A stretch of 64,000 nucleotides of DNA. It comes from Catajapyx aquilonaris. Its lineage: Eukaryota. A program made the translations under genes and the position numbers. Positions 48,901-60,824 of the stretch are shown here, piece after piece (position 1 is the first letter of the stretch; each line of letters starts with the position of its first letter). The stretch spans positions 1 to 64,000 of the forward strand of contig JYFJ02000861.1 in the NCBI GenBank assembly GCA_000934665.2, given 5' to 3'. The notes under the pieces are model-generated. The model did no database searches. It was not told the DNA's origin and saw nothing but the letters and a program-made list of their open reading frames with translations.

Positions 48901-51391
48901 TCGCAGATATAAACTGACAAGGGCTGACGCATTGATGTCGAAGGACGAGGTGGTTGCCCCCCCCAGAAGGTCCCTTCAAGATATTCAACAGCTTCGTGCT
49001 TTTCTCCGGATTTCGTCAGCACTCCGAATGAGCCAGACCGCTTTAGGTAATGCGTCAACATCACGACCAAGGGTATTTCCGTATTCCGACACACCAGGAT
49101 AGGGCTATAGAGAGTGGCAGTTTAAATGCGTAGGTTTGAAACAATGTCAAAATATTCTCGCGTGATTGATGAAATCAGTGAACTCGGCAAAAATAATTTA
49201 TGCCACGAAATTCAGAATGAAATCTAGAAAGTAAGAGGTAGACTAATCGATGGCGAATTTCCGCTTGGGTCGTCTAGGAAACTCGCTTCCTGATACAACA
49301 TCGATCCCATGCAATGATTTGATGGCGTTATAAACCTTGGGATTCCCTCGCCGATATTCCGTTTTTAGTGAAATGCCTCCCCCTTTTCCCTCCCATTTTT
49401 ACTGGATCGTATTATACTTCATGCCCGTATTATCTCGAGATTGAAACATATATTTGCCTGAGGCTTTCCAGGTTCGTATTAAGTCGTTGGCAGAAATTCT
49501 CCAGCGCCGTTTATTTCTCCTGACCGATAGTAGATCGATTTTTAATGATTAGAGATTTATGGCTGACATTTTCCGTCATGAAAATTCGTCGTTGTTGCCA
49601 TTTTTAGGCAGTAAAATTAATTTTCATTTGTACAGGATCAGTGGTTGTCTTATTGAAATGTGAACGCTATGTAATAAATCGGTGTGGGTCACTGCTCATT
49701 GGAGCTTATATTAGTTGGATATGTTATCGGAATAGGTTTTTTTTGTAACACAATAATTTGATGTGACAACGTGACATCACTTTGAAGTTACGTAATTACT
49801 TTCGAAAATTAAAGCCTCGAGGCCAACCGTGCCTCTGAAATGTTCTCAATTTTATTCAAATTTTTTGCTGAACGTCTTCTGCCTTTAACTCCCCGAATTA
49901 GTGCTCCAGGCGTTGCCCAGGGGCTGATCATTGCATTCTTCGTCACGAAACCTATCCATCATGGGCGTACGCAGGGAAGGCTTTTCCAAGCATGAGCCCA
50001 AATCCAAATTCACTAACATTGTCCAGTACGTCCGAGGTCCTCCCTCCTCCACCTTTCCAAAATGGACTATCTTTCGCCTTTATACACACTTTTGAGCTAT
50101 GTTGAGCCAGGATGTGGAAGGGGGCCAGGAAAGAGAGGATGCTCCAGAATCTAGAACATCCTCCAAAATGAATATTAAATCCAAACCACAGCCACAGCCA
50201 TGATCCTGTCATTGAAATCATGTTGAAGGCTTCTCAGCCATATAGGATGTTCCTACTCTGATCCCATTTTTTAAACTTTGCAAATGGGGCTTAAATCTTG
50301 GCTCAGAAAGTAGCCTACTGGCGTATATCTTACTGTGCTTGAGGCATAGCACGACTGGCACTTTATAGTTATAATGTATAAAATCACGGTAAAATATAGA
50401 AGATTGTCGATATTAGTTCAAGATTTACACTGCTTACCAGATTGTCCAGATATCATGAGCTCATAACATTATTCTTTCTTTGTTGAATACACTCCACACG
50501 ATACACTGAACAAAGGTTTGCTTGCCTTTCTTTGGAATTATATCAAATTTTACTATCACTTACAGTGCAACTTTCAGATATGCTGGTTTAGTGGTTTGAT
50601 ACTGTACTATTACAGGGAATAATTATTGTGATAGCTTACTGGGTGTTGTTGAGTATTACATAATTCATGTGATTTATTTGTCTGAACTGAGAGTTTGACG
50701 AGTGAGTAGCCGTCACGCAGTCTAGGCTGATCATCAAGAGTGTTGTGCCAGGAATCGCTTTGGATGCTTGAGGCTTTAAATGAAAATAAACTGTACTATA
50801 CTTTTTTAAGGAATTTAAATCTAGAAATTTTCACAAACTACTTTTTGCACGTCATTGCGCGTTATTTTCTCGTCGGTCTTTGTTTGACTGAATGTTACTA
50901 ACGCCTTAAATCGCCTTAAATGCAGTTGCACTGTAGAATTTATTATACAGGCTATAGTTACCTTCTCTATAGTCTGGAGGCTAGGAATGTTTGAGTGCCT
51001 TTGCAAAGTGCTGTTCTTGCCCTTGGACCCCCGAATCAAGAGCCATCCTGGCAGTAAATTAACGGCCTGCTGGCGAACCTTATTTCGCCTAGGTTACGCA
51101 GATGAGGAGCCAAGATTTGCACCATTAGGATGGCCAATCCCGGCAGGGTACAAATTTCCTGTGGGGCTCTTTGCTTAATTAAAACACATTGATCCGACCA
51201 CGTGGAGTGCACTGCATGTAACATGTCGGGTCTAATTCTTCTTGTGTGAGTTGTGTATATTAGCTACTGTATAGTTTCACTGCCTCAGTTTCCCCCCAAT
51301 TTGTTGATCTGTCGATGCAGCCGGGCAACAATATCCAGATGATAATCACGTTGTGCTTGCGTCGGACCTGACCGAATTACGACTCTTTCAG

Positions 51392-51561
51392 ATGGGCGAC
51401 CAGATCATCGAAGTGAACGACCAGAGCTTTCTGGAGGTGACACACGACCAGGCTGTGCAAGTGCTCAAGTTTTGCAAGAGGATGAGACTGACTGTGCTGG
51501 ATGTGGGCAAGATCCCCCATTCCCTTACTGCCTACGAACCCATGGGAAGGCATAGTCCCAG
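51392..51561 (+). CDS. WHRN: Whirlin exon, PDZ2 second half (MGDQIIEVNDQSFLEVTHDQAVQVLKFCKRMRLTVLDVGKIPHS...)
   Basis: ctctttcag acceptor, AG|gtgagc donor, 170 nt, phase 0 to 2. DVG(K/R)(I/L)PH follows PDZ2, as in whirlin. Confidence 0.96.
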
Positions 51562-51926
51562 GTGAGCAAATCTTTTTAAAATATTTTAAAATATTTTAAT
51601 ATTTTAACTGTTTTATTAATCAATTAGTGTCGTGAGATTAAGACGCATTTAAAGCCAAACGTATATAGGTCGTGAATGAAATCAGATTGTTCTGTACACA
51701 ACCTGGACCTGTTGTGTGCCAAATATATGGTACAAATCTAATCTCCAAGTAAGGGGTCTAGACACGACACAGCATATTATCCCGGTCTAGACGCTACATG
51801 GCCCGGGTGTCACATTAGCACTAATTTGGTCAAAGAGGGGAGGTCCCCACAGGAGTATGGTGGAAGGAATGGTTCCAGCTGGCTGGGTTTTACACTCATG
51901 CGACATTTATTTGGCTAAATTTACAG

Positions 51927-52146
51927 CTCTCCCCGACATCGACAGAGCCCTTCGAAACAGCCCGGATCATTCGCAGTGTCTGAGAAGAGCCAAGTGCAGC
52001 AGATGATCGAGGAAAAGGCCACCACGGTGCTCACAAAAAACGAGCACGCTACTCTCAACTACTACCGAGCCGAATATCTGCGGAGACAAGTGCCAGTAGA
52101 AGCCTTCGTTTCATGTCTTCTGGAACTTCTCAACACACCAGATAAG
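51927..52146 (+). CDS. WHRN: Whirlin exon, harmonin-N-like domain first part (…MIEEKATTVLTKNEHATLNYYRAEYLRRQVPVEAFVSCLLELLNTPDK)
   Basis: atttacag acceptor, AAG|gtataa donor, 220 nt, phase 2 to 0. Not in the ORF track. Matches the EHAT-x-x-YY...L-x-ELLNT-x-x-K pattern of whirlin HHD2. Confidence 0.95.
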
Positions 52147-52403
52147 GTATAAGGAACAGACATCATCCGCCTCCAAACAAAGAGACAAACCTGCATTCTT
52201 GAATAACATTAGGAAAATTCACTGTAATCAAAAGCAAAACTTACTAGATGTATCCAAAAATATTGTGTCATGAGAGATCGATATACTGCAATACACTCAA
52301 GGTATGAAGCATGCAGTACACTAAAGTGTAATTGATTCGCCTGCATTGTACTCTGCGAGTTCTATGAAAGCGCGGTTAATTGATTTTCTGCTGTTGATTA
52401 CAG

Positions 52404-52589
52404 TACACCTTAATGACGGAAATTCGCGAGATTGTGGCTCCTGAAGATCGAAACCGATTCGACGAGCTGGTGTTCCGGAGATCAGGTGTCGACGAAAGGA
52501 GAAGCAAGGACCGAGAGAGAGACCGCCATTGGGAGCAGCGAGACTGGAGTCGGGACAGGGAACAACAGAGATATCGGGAAAGAGATAGG
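52404..52589 (+). CDS. WHRN: Whirlin exon, end of harmonin-N-like domain plus R/D/E-rich segment (YTLMTEIREIVAPEDRNRFDELVF...RERDR)
   Basis: gattacag acceptor, AGG|gtgagc donor, 186 nt, phase 0 to 0. Confidence 0.94.
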
Positions 52590-53180
52590 GTGAGCTCTAC
52601 ATTTCCTTTCCTTCTGGTTTTACTTTATTGCTGATTGTCTTGTTTTTGAGGGAAAAAGTTCAGATAGGTTCTGTAATAAAATGTGCAAATTGCAAATCGA
52701 AAAACTGAAGTCATGATATTGTTGTCAGAGGTTTTGATTCTTGTTGTGCCTCATTCGCCTCTGGAGATTTTGGCACCATTTCAGAATTTCTTGCGACTGT
52801 TGTAGGCAGGCCTTCCAAAGCAAGGAAGGTTATTGAACGCTCAAGGCTAAGCGGGATTTCTGAATAGCGCCACAAGCTATACGTGTGGTGTACTTCCATC
52901 CCGTTTCATTCCCCATTTAAAATTGCGAAGCACCGATTGATTACCCCGCAGTGCAAATATTGTCATGCTTTACGCGCTCTACGCGTTGCAATCGCCTAGT
53001 ACGTCATTAGTGCAAAATGAGTTTAATGAAGAACTTGTACTTCATGTTTGTGCACATTGCGGATGCTTCGTTAAGCTTTTAACTACTTCAATAAACGTTC
53101 GTTATTCATCTCTTCAATTGTTAGTAAATTCGATGAACTCTGTGCTTTGTTTCAACAGTTCGGTTACATTTTTTTTTCAG

Positions 53181-53249
53181 CGGAAAGGACCCACCTCACC
53201 TCTTCACAACGAGGGCCTTGTAAATGGTTACCACGAGGGTGCTTCAATG
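53181..53249 (+). CDS. WHRN: Whirlin linker exon (RKGPTSPLHNEGLVNGYHEGASM)
   Basis: Strong tttttttttcag acceptor and ATG|gtaagg donor; 69 nt, phase 0 to 0, open. Confidence 0.8.
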
Positions 53250-56200
53250 GTAAGGGAGCGAATTTTTATTCTTTCCCTTTTCTCCCCTTGATTCAAAGCT
53301 TATTTTCGGCTAAATCTGAAGTGTGCTGATCTGTGGATGTGCTCCACTATTCTCTGGCTACACCCTTGCCCCCCTCCCCTCCCCAGTTCTCCAAAAAGGG
53401 GGGAGTCGAGGGGGGTGAGTTTCCCCGCCTTCCCCCACCCACCCCCATCTTCCTTTGCGCTGTACGGAAGCATATAGTACGACTGGTAACGATTTCCTAG
53501 CTCGGAGATGGTGCTGGTTGGATGTCCACTAGGAAGCTTGGCAGGAATGATATGAATTTATTACACGCCGCTTGCCTGGAAGCTTTTTGGGGAGGGAAGA
53601 GTTGCGCACTAACAATTCCTCCTTTGCCTGCCTCCGCCTGCTTATTGTTATGGTTATTGCCGCCCGTTCCATCTACATACAGCAGCGGGAGGGATGGAAG
53701 ATGCTTCAAGAGTCTTGTTAATCTGCATTGCATCGTAAGTTGCGTTCATTTAGAGGTAGCCAGCATTTTTTGTATGGCCGAGATTTATTGCCTGGCAGAG
53801 GACAAATGGATTTCCGTACCGTCGGTCGTGCTAATAAGATGTCAACACCCGGTGACTTATAATCTGCATTTTCACAATGCCTGTTATGGGCCATAGAGCA
53901 ACGTAAAGTGCAATTTGTGCTTCTTTGTAGACTCTGGAAGTGTAATCTTGTTCAGTCACAAGTAATCTTGCAGGAGCACAATAGTGAATGAGTGATGGCC
54001 AATGATATGATCAGATGATCTCGTAATGACGTTCATCACTGCAACGTCAAATGTAGTCGATTAATTGCTAGTCTGATAATAATCAATAAGAAAGTCTAGA
54101 GCATGCACGAGATCCGCCGATTCCTCATGGAATGGCCTGGAAATTTTCTTGGTGGAACATTGCGACGGTATCTATCCCTGCCAACGTCCTGAGGCAAAAG
54201 AAGCGCTTCCAGTAGCTTAGCCAAAGTAATTGGGAAGAAAAGCATCTGGTGCAACGCGCCGCTAAACAAACCCGTAAAAAAATAGAAGAAACCAAATAGG
54301 GCAGGCTCAGGCACGTCCAGGCTTCTTGGAAATGAGATTGGCGCCGTTCGGGACTGGACATCCACCTCCACCTTGGTCCTTCTTTTTTTTTGGTTTCTAT
54401 TTTATTTTAGTTTCTCTTTGGCTCCCTTTGTTCTTAACGAGGCTCTCTGCTGGATGGGACTAATGCCAGAGAGCCACGAAAACCTCTTTGAACGAGGCTT
54501 ACAGAACGTTAGAGTAAACACCACTGAAGCTTGCATTTAGAGCGGGATAATTCTGACTTCCAGAGAGCTCATTAAGACCTGTTTCTTTTTTTATAACACG
54601 GTAATTGGTTTGTTGTTTCAATTGATTAATTTCTTGGTACATTATAAACTCCGGAATCAGACTTAACCTGCGAGACATGCTTTATGGCACACACTCTCCC
54701 AGATCCTGAGTATCCTCCTCGGGTTGGCTGCTATTATTGCAGAAAATTTGCATAGGAAAGCTTGCGATTCCAGCAGTATATAAGTTGAATCCGTCCATGG
54801 TTGCTCGAATTGGGTACTGGATTTCCATGCAGCTGGGGATAACACGAATTCATGCTGCGCATTTTAAAATGTTTTGGCACGCTCTAGAGGGCCCACGTTG
54901 AAATATTTTTTTGCGGTACAGGCTTATAGTTAGTTTTTTTTGTCGTTTAGTGTAGCGGTAGATGGTGATGCCTTTGTGGCTGAATAGATATTACGGCTTA
55001 GTTTGACAGCTTGTTTCGTGAGCGAGGCTCGCGTAGTTGCTCTTAGAAAACAATTTATTATTTAGGGTTCCGTAGCTTTGCATGCTGTGAAGCATCGTCC
55101 CTATAGGCGCAATTCCAAGACATTTCAGGAAGCTCGCGTCAATTCCCACGATTCTTGGAGCTTTTGCCATGATGGAAAACACTACCTTCATTTAGGTTAG
55201 ATGTAGCATACTGCTAGGCATGTTAAGTTTAAATCGGACGAGGAAATGTGACACCTTGTGTTTGACATGTGCATTTTGTTATCTAGTATCTATACTCATG
55301 TTCTTATTCATTTTCAGTGTGTGGACGTATAAGTCATACTGATTCTCGAATTGTGTCGTAATTGCCCTTTTGCAGTTACAGTAAAGTTCTACATTATAGG
55401 AATGGCAACACATTGTGCAATTTATATGGAAAAAAACGAAAATGTCAAAATCATAACTGCTGCGGTTAAATCTATAAATGTTCCTGCAGCTTCATTCATT
55501 AAAATGTGTGCCTTTAACTATCCTGACGGACCACATGTCGCGCAAAGGCTTATAACTTCTTGAAGGTTTCACGCAAATCGTCATTGAATAAATTGTTGGT
55601 AATGAAAATGATAATAACTGGGGAATGTACACACAAGGTCCTGAGGAGGAGACTTGGCTGGCATGATGGCGGCGAGTCCTTTGTATCACTGTGTAACACT
55701 GTACTTTGCTAATGCATGTTGAGGGACCAACGAGGCTTTTTAAGCAGAGAGAGACCAAATCAGAGCAAAAAATATGAAACATCCGTGCACTCTGTTATAA
55801 TGCGATCCTCACACAAACCCTTCCTGCGCACCGTAGTTTCAGCTTGAAAAACACCTCTACCTCCATATTCCTGGAACAAAACAAACCTTTCTACGAGACA
55901 AAAAGGGATAAACATGTCTTCGACACTTCGTTTGGTGCCGAAAGTCATGTAGCATTGTTATTTTGGAGTAGAAGTATAGTTGTAGTGCACACCCGCCAAA
56001 ATAACTATACTGTACATTATATCACAGTATTAACAACTGGGCTAATGTGACTGTTGCCTATATCTTCTTCTGGGACGTTAAAACTTTAACAAGAGTTACA
56101 TGTGAGGCGAATTTTGTATTAAATTATGACTTCTTAGAAGATGACAATTCCCGTCGAAAATGTGTAATAGCCTATTATTATACAGATATTGGAAATTGAT

Positions 56201-58807
56201 ACACCTGATACTGTATTTAACTGATATAATGGAATATAATGGAAAAGGATTAAAATGTAGAAGGTGACCGCTGCAGCATTGAGCTTATTGTTAGACCTAC
56301 ATGTTCATTACTTTTGCAATGATACGTTAAGGACTGGATTGAATGAAACATTTTACAGTAGTTCATAACTTTCAATAATTTTGAAGATCTATACCAGGGA
56401 GGTTTGACTTTTGTATGTTCGTCACCCTCACAATGAACAGAGGAGATCAATTTTTTTGCAGCTTGAATGTGTCATTATGTGGGGCTATTGTATTTTTCAG
56501 TACCGGTATTTTTAATAAGACTGTAGCATTAAAAATAGGTGCCCTACATTTCTAACGTAAGTTGTCGATTTAGTGGCCAATGAGATGTCATCAGAAAAAC
56601 CGACTGTACGAATGTTAAGGACATCACAAAGTGAAGCCATTTATTGCACTTAATCTACCGTAGTGCAAAATTGATTTGCACCAAATTACTCCATATACAG
56701 CTGTAGAAGGTCACTAAAAGTCAGTATTGATGGACGTCTAAAATTATTCCGCTTGTGTGACTCGCATGGGGCTTAACCCATACGCTGCCTGTCATACATC
56801 GGCAGGAAAGCAGTAAACAATATTTATGAAACTACAGTTTTCCCCGCAAATTTTGTCATCCAGTTCTAGCTCTGCTGTATAGAGAGCGACCACCTTACTT
56901 TAAGGTTACTGCAACAGGCCCTAATTCTGCAATAAATACTAATTAACAAAATTACAATAAGTAGTGGCGTAGACGCAGCATGATGGTACATTGTCCCTCA
57001 TCGTCTTATAGGTCCGTAGCCCTGTGCGTAGTAGGCCCCGGAAGCCCTCTCCTTACTCTGGTGCTGTGGCTCCGAGTAGTTCTCATCTCGAACCCCAAGG
57101 CTTCGGTACCCCAAGCGACGATTCAGGGGTCGATTTGGCCAATGGCAGCTCTAGGGGCAGTAGGTGAGCCCTTAGATCCTTTTATATACTCATCTACTAT
57201 CATCATTTCTAGTACTTCCTCGCTATACTTACTGCATCCCCCTTTTGTTCTTTTTCTCGTGCTGTAGTGGCAGATATTTCGGAGGGATTTAGGAATTCAG
57301 CGCTATCGCTCGTTTGTTGGTATTTTTTACGCAGGCACGCCTCTTTCAAATAGCAGGTGACCTCAGTAGACTGCAGGCCTTTTCTTCCATACCGCTATTT
57401 AAAGTATGATAGCCTGCTTAAAATTTTTAAATAAACCAGTAGCTGCTCGAAGACTATAAATCGCTCCGTATATGTAGATGTACTGTACACGTAGATTATG
57501 AACCCTTCTTTCATTTTTCTGGACTATAGATTAGAAGAAATATTATTAGTGCTTGTAGATGAGCAGGTTATACCAACCCCCGTACAGTACACATTCAATT
57601 AATTATTGTGATGTTTGTACATTTTTGGAGCCGGATTCACTGAGGGGAAATACGTCACGGTTCACGCTTGCATAACGAGCGATTGTACCAGCCGGGGCCT
57701 AAATACAGTAGTTACACTACATGCGCCGCTTCAGAGTGATTTCTGCAGAGATGAGAACAGAAATAGCGAATTCCTTTTTAAAATTATTTCCCATTAAATC
57801 GACTTATTCGGCTTAACATTGCTAACACGAAATTATTGCCTCAGTAATGTCAACCGTGCGGATAGTAGCTACTAAGTATCTATTTTGTATTACTGATTAG
57901 AAATAGTATTAATGCGAATAATTTGTTACGCTCTTCATATGAAACCATCATGTTCGAGCTCATATCTCGAGCCACTCCAATGAGTAACACCGTCCAATGC
58001 TCCTCCAGCAGTGCAAGGCATTACGGAAATGCTGTAATATTTGGAGTTACCAACTTTCATTACTCTCATATTCAAACACGCCCATTATGTGTTATGCCCA
58101 ATCGACATCATATCGTTCCTAGTGAATTGTGACTAAACGACTACGCAATAATGAAAGTGACCACATATTTCAAATTGTACATAGATGCCATTTTTCGATA
58201 TTTAAAACTACCAAAATGGTTTTTAAAGCCTCAGTTTATGCCTTACACTTACATTACTTTGAATGTTGGCAATTTTTTCTGGTAATTTATAGTGGAATAT
58301 TGCCTTTTGGGGTGGTCTACCAGGTAGGCCTACAATGCTACATCATGTGCAGGAACGGGGCATGTTCAAATCTATCCTCATGTAATAAGTTGGTAACGAA
58401 AATTAACTCTGCCGCCACACGCGTTAAGATATATATTATTAAACTGCACATCGACTCGATTTATTACGCGATGTTGCAAATGGGCCGTCACCGGAACCAC
58501 AGAGGCATTTCCGACTTTGATCGTCAATCATGTTACACAGATAAGCCTGCCAGCTCTTCAACTTGTTGCCGCCCGAGGGCCAAAAAAAAACTCTTCTTCC
58601 TAGTGAGTTTCATCAGTTTGCTCGCATATGAAGTACGCCTGCGAGAGCACTGGGTGGGGTAAAAATGTAAGGAAAAAAACTAGCAAATCCGATTTTCTCC
58701 CCGAGGTGAATCCGAGCCCTGTTGCATTGAAGAGACCAAAAAAAAATGCCGTTTCCCTCTGGAGAGTTCCAATTGACATTGGTTTTGTGCTCTGCCCGCT
58801 ATTTCAG

Positions 58808-58928
58808 AAGGCGCAGTAAAGAATCCCGACCATCCGAGTCTAAAGGTAGCCAAAGCCAATGGTCTCCTCTCACCATTACCTCTGATTTGGCGCTCTCTTT
58901 CGACGAAGAGATTGATTCTGCACATCAG
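58808..58928 (+). CDS. WHRN: Probable whirlin linker exon (RRSKESRPSESKGSQSQWSPLTITSDLALSFDEEIDSAHQ)
   Basis: atttcag acceptor (NAGNAG alternative at 58811) and CAG|gtactt donor. Entered in phase 2 it is open and exits in phase 0, in frame with the next exon. Confidence 0.7.
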
Positions 58929-59365
58929 GTACTTTACTTGTATGTCTCTCTCACTTGTACGTAACTAAACCTCGTTATCCTTTCTCTCTCTCTCTTTTCT
59001 CTCCTTTTTGATGTTTACACCTTCAAACAAAATAAGGGTTAAGTTGTTCCCTGCTGCTGCTGGCTTCCGCTCAATCTGAGTGCTTCACTCTCGTGTTCTT
59101 CGGTGTTCGTGTGTGGTGGGTGTTGCATGGCAGCTTGTTCGGTGTGTAAATGTTCTCTGTTTTAGCTGGGTCCTTTTTGGCGACGGTTTTCCACCCCACA
59201 TACTCATATTTTTTGATGTTCTGAAGAGAAGCGTTTTGAAGCACTCTCAGAATTTTTTTAGACCACGGATCGAAGTGTCGGAGTGAAGCGCTGACATATT
59301 TGGAGTGTTACGCTTCATTTGTGCAGTTTCTGTTGTCTTACATTGCTTGTGCACCGGAACTTTAG

Positions 59366-59590
59366 GAGTATGCTGCGGCCAGGGCGGGACGAATGCCAAC
59401 ATCAGTGTCGGCGTCGGCCAACGTTGGAGGCATCCCCCTCGACGAAGGCCCTTCTCCGATTCATGGACGAACCAGCAGAGGACCCATCGGAAGCCCCTTG
59501 TCCAGCAGGACGCCTCCTCCACATTCTATGCACAGAGAACCAGCCTACCAAACCTACGGAACCGTTGATGCGGGAGACTCCGAAGCCCTT
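59366..59590 (+). CDS. WHRN: Probable whirlin Pro/Ser-rich linker exon (EYAAARAGRMPTSVSASANVGGIPLDEGPSP...DAGDSEAL)
   Basis: ctttag acceptor, CTT|gtaagt donor, 225 nt, phase 0 to 0. GC-rich island with Pro/Ser-rich content, as expected between HHD2 and PDZ3. Confidence 0.75.
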
Positions 59591-60620
59591 GTAAGTATAT
59601 CCCATAATTATTAATAAATAGCAGTATTTGTCGAAAAAGCCATCAGCACTCGCCCAAGGTTTTGTAGCTCCAGGACCCATTTGTCCAAAACATTTCTACT
59701 AATATATGCTATTGTGAACCTTACATGGGCAATGGGCATATCCCCTTACATTCTGTAGTCATAATCCTGCTGCGGAGTAATTAAATTATCTGCAACGACC
59801 TTAAAGTCAATTGCACAATGGAAGAAAACCTAATGCTACGGGAGATAACGTTTTGTTGGGCGGTTTTAAAGAAGGCAGAAGGAGAAAAAAAAAGAATAAT
59901 CTAAAAGTGGTTGTTGTTGTGCCTTCCGGGATATCCGCCCCGCTGGCGAACCAGGTCAAAGGGAGAAGTAATTGTGGTAGGTGGAGTTTGTAGGCATATC
60001 TCTTCTTTTCTTTCTCTATCCTCTTCCGCGGTTATATTCATACGAGCGCTCAACTTGGCGAACTAGATCCGCAGTCGGTGTGGCAACTTGCGGAAAAAGT
60101 GATTGGATTCGATATCGCTCAAGCTTACCACCTCTTTTTTTTTGTCTTTGCATTTCCATTGGGGAAGTTTTATGGGTTGTTGGTATTAAATTACTTGCAT
60201 CCCTTGCGTGACTGCTGCTCCCCTTTTTATTTGTTCTGGAAGTTCATTAATGCCCTTACATGTTAGTTACACGCCTGACTGTACTCTCCAGGCGTTATGT
60301 TTTGCTGCAATTTATATACTTGTGATGAATTATTCATCAGAATGCAAAGCTGTAATTTCTCAAGGAGATATGGACAAGATGCTTATCAATTAACCCCAAC
60401 ACAGCAGTCTGCGCCATAAGAATGCTAGTTCATTACAGGCATAATTATCCCATTACTCCCCCGTTATCACACGTGACACGTCAACATTCGCACAGAAGTA
60501 AAGCACTGTCACAGATGCCCCCCACATCTATTAGGGGCTGGAGGAAATGTAAAACCCGGGTAGAAAATAACAGTCTGTATCACCGAAACAGTTTGTTAAA
60601 AGATACTGGTCACAATGAAG

Positions 60621-60824
60621 TCACAGCTTGTCTTGGACTGCTTTTCCAAGCTCTTCTGCAGCTTTGAAGATGTCGCAGGTCGTTCTCTTGGAGGTGTCGG
60701 AAGACATTCCGACACCGTCGTCGTAATAGTCCTTGGGCGGTTCTGCCGGGTAGGCTTTCCTGGAGTAGATTTTGGGTCGCGGGATCCTGACCCTCTTGCT
60801 GTCTTCCGTCAACCACGACTCCAT
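60621..60824 (-). CDS. Candidate nested antisense small protein (67 aa), or terminal exon of an unknown gene
   Basis: tcatttcag acceptor (exon start 60833) 9 nt before an AGT ATG G start. About 47 of 67 codons end in G/C by hand count, against AT-richer flanks. Minus-strand AATAAA at 60231-60226. Confidence 0.55.
   Translation of the reverse strand: MESWLTEDSKRVRIPRPKIYSRKAYPAEPPKDYYDDGVGMSSDTSKRTTCDIFKAAEELGKAVQDKL

Noticed and set aside
58129..58662. 177-aa plus ORF upstream of whirlin exon 58808
   Set aside because: Non-ATG start and AT-rich; its gtgagt donor is phase 0 and would hit a stop in exon 58808.
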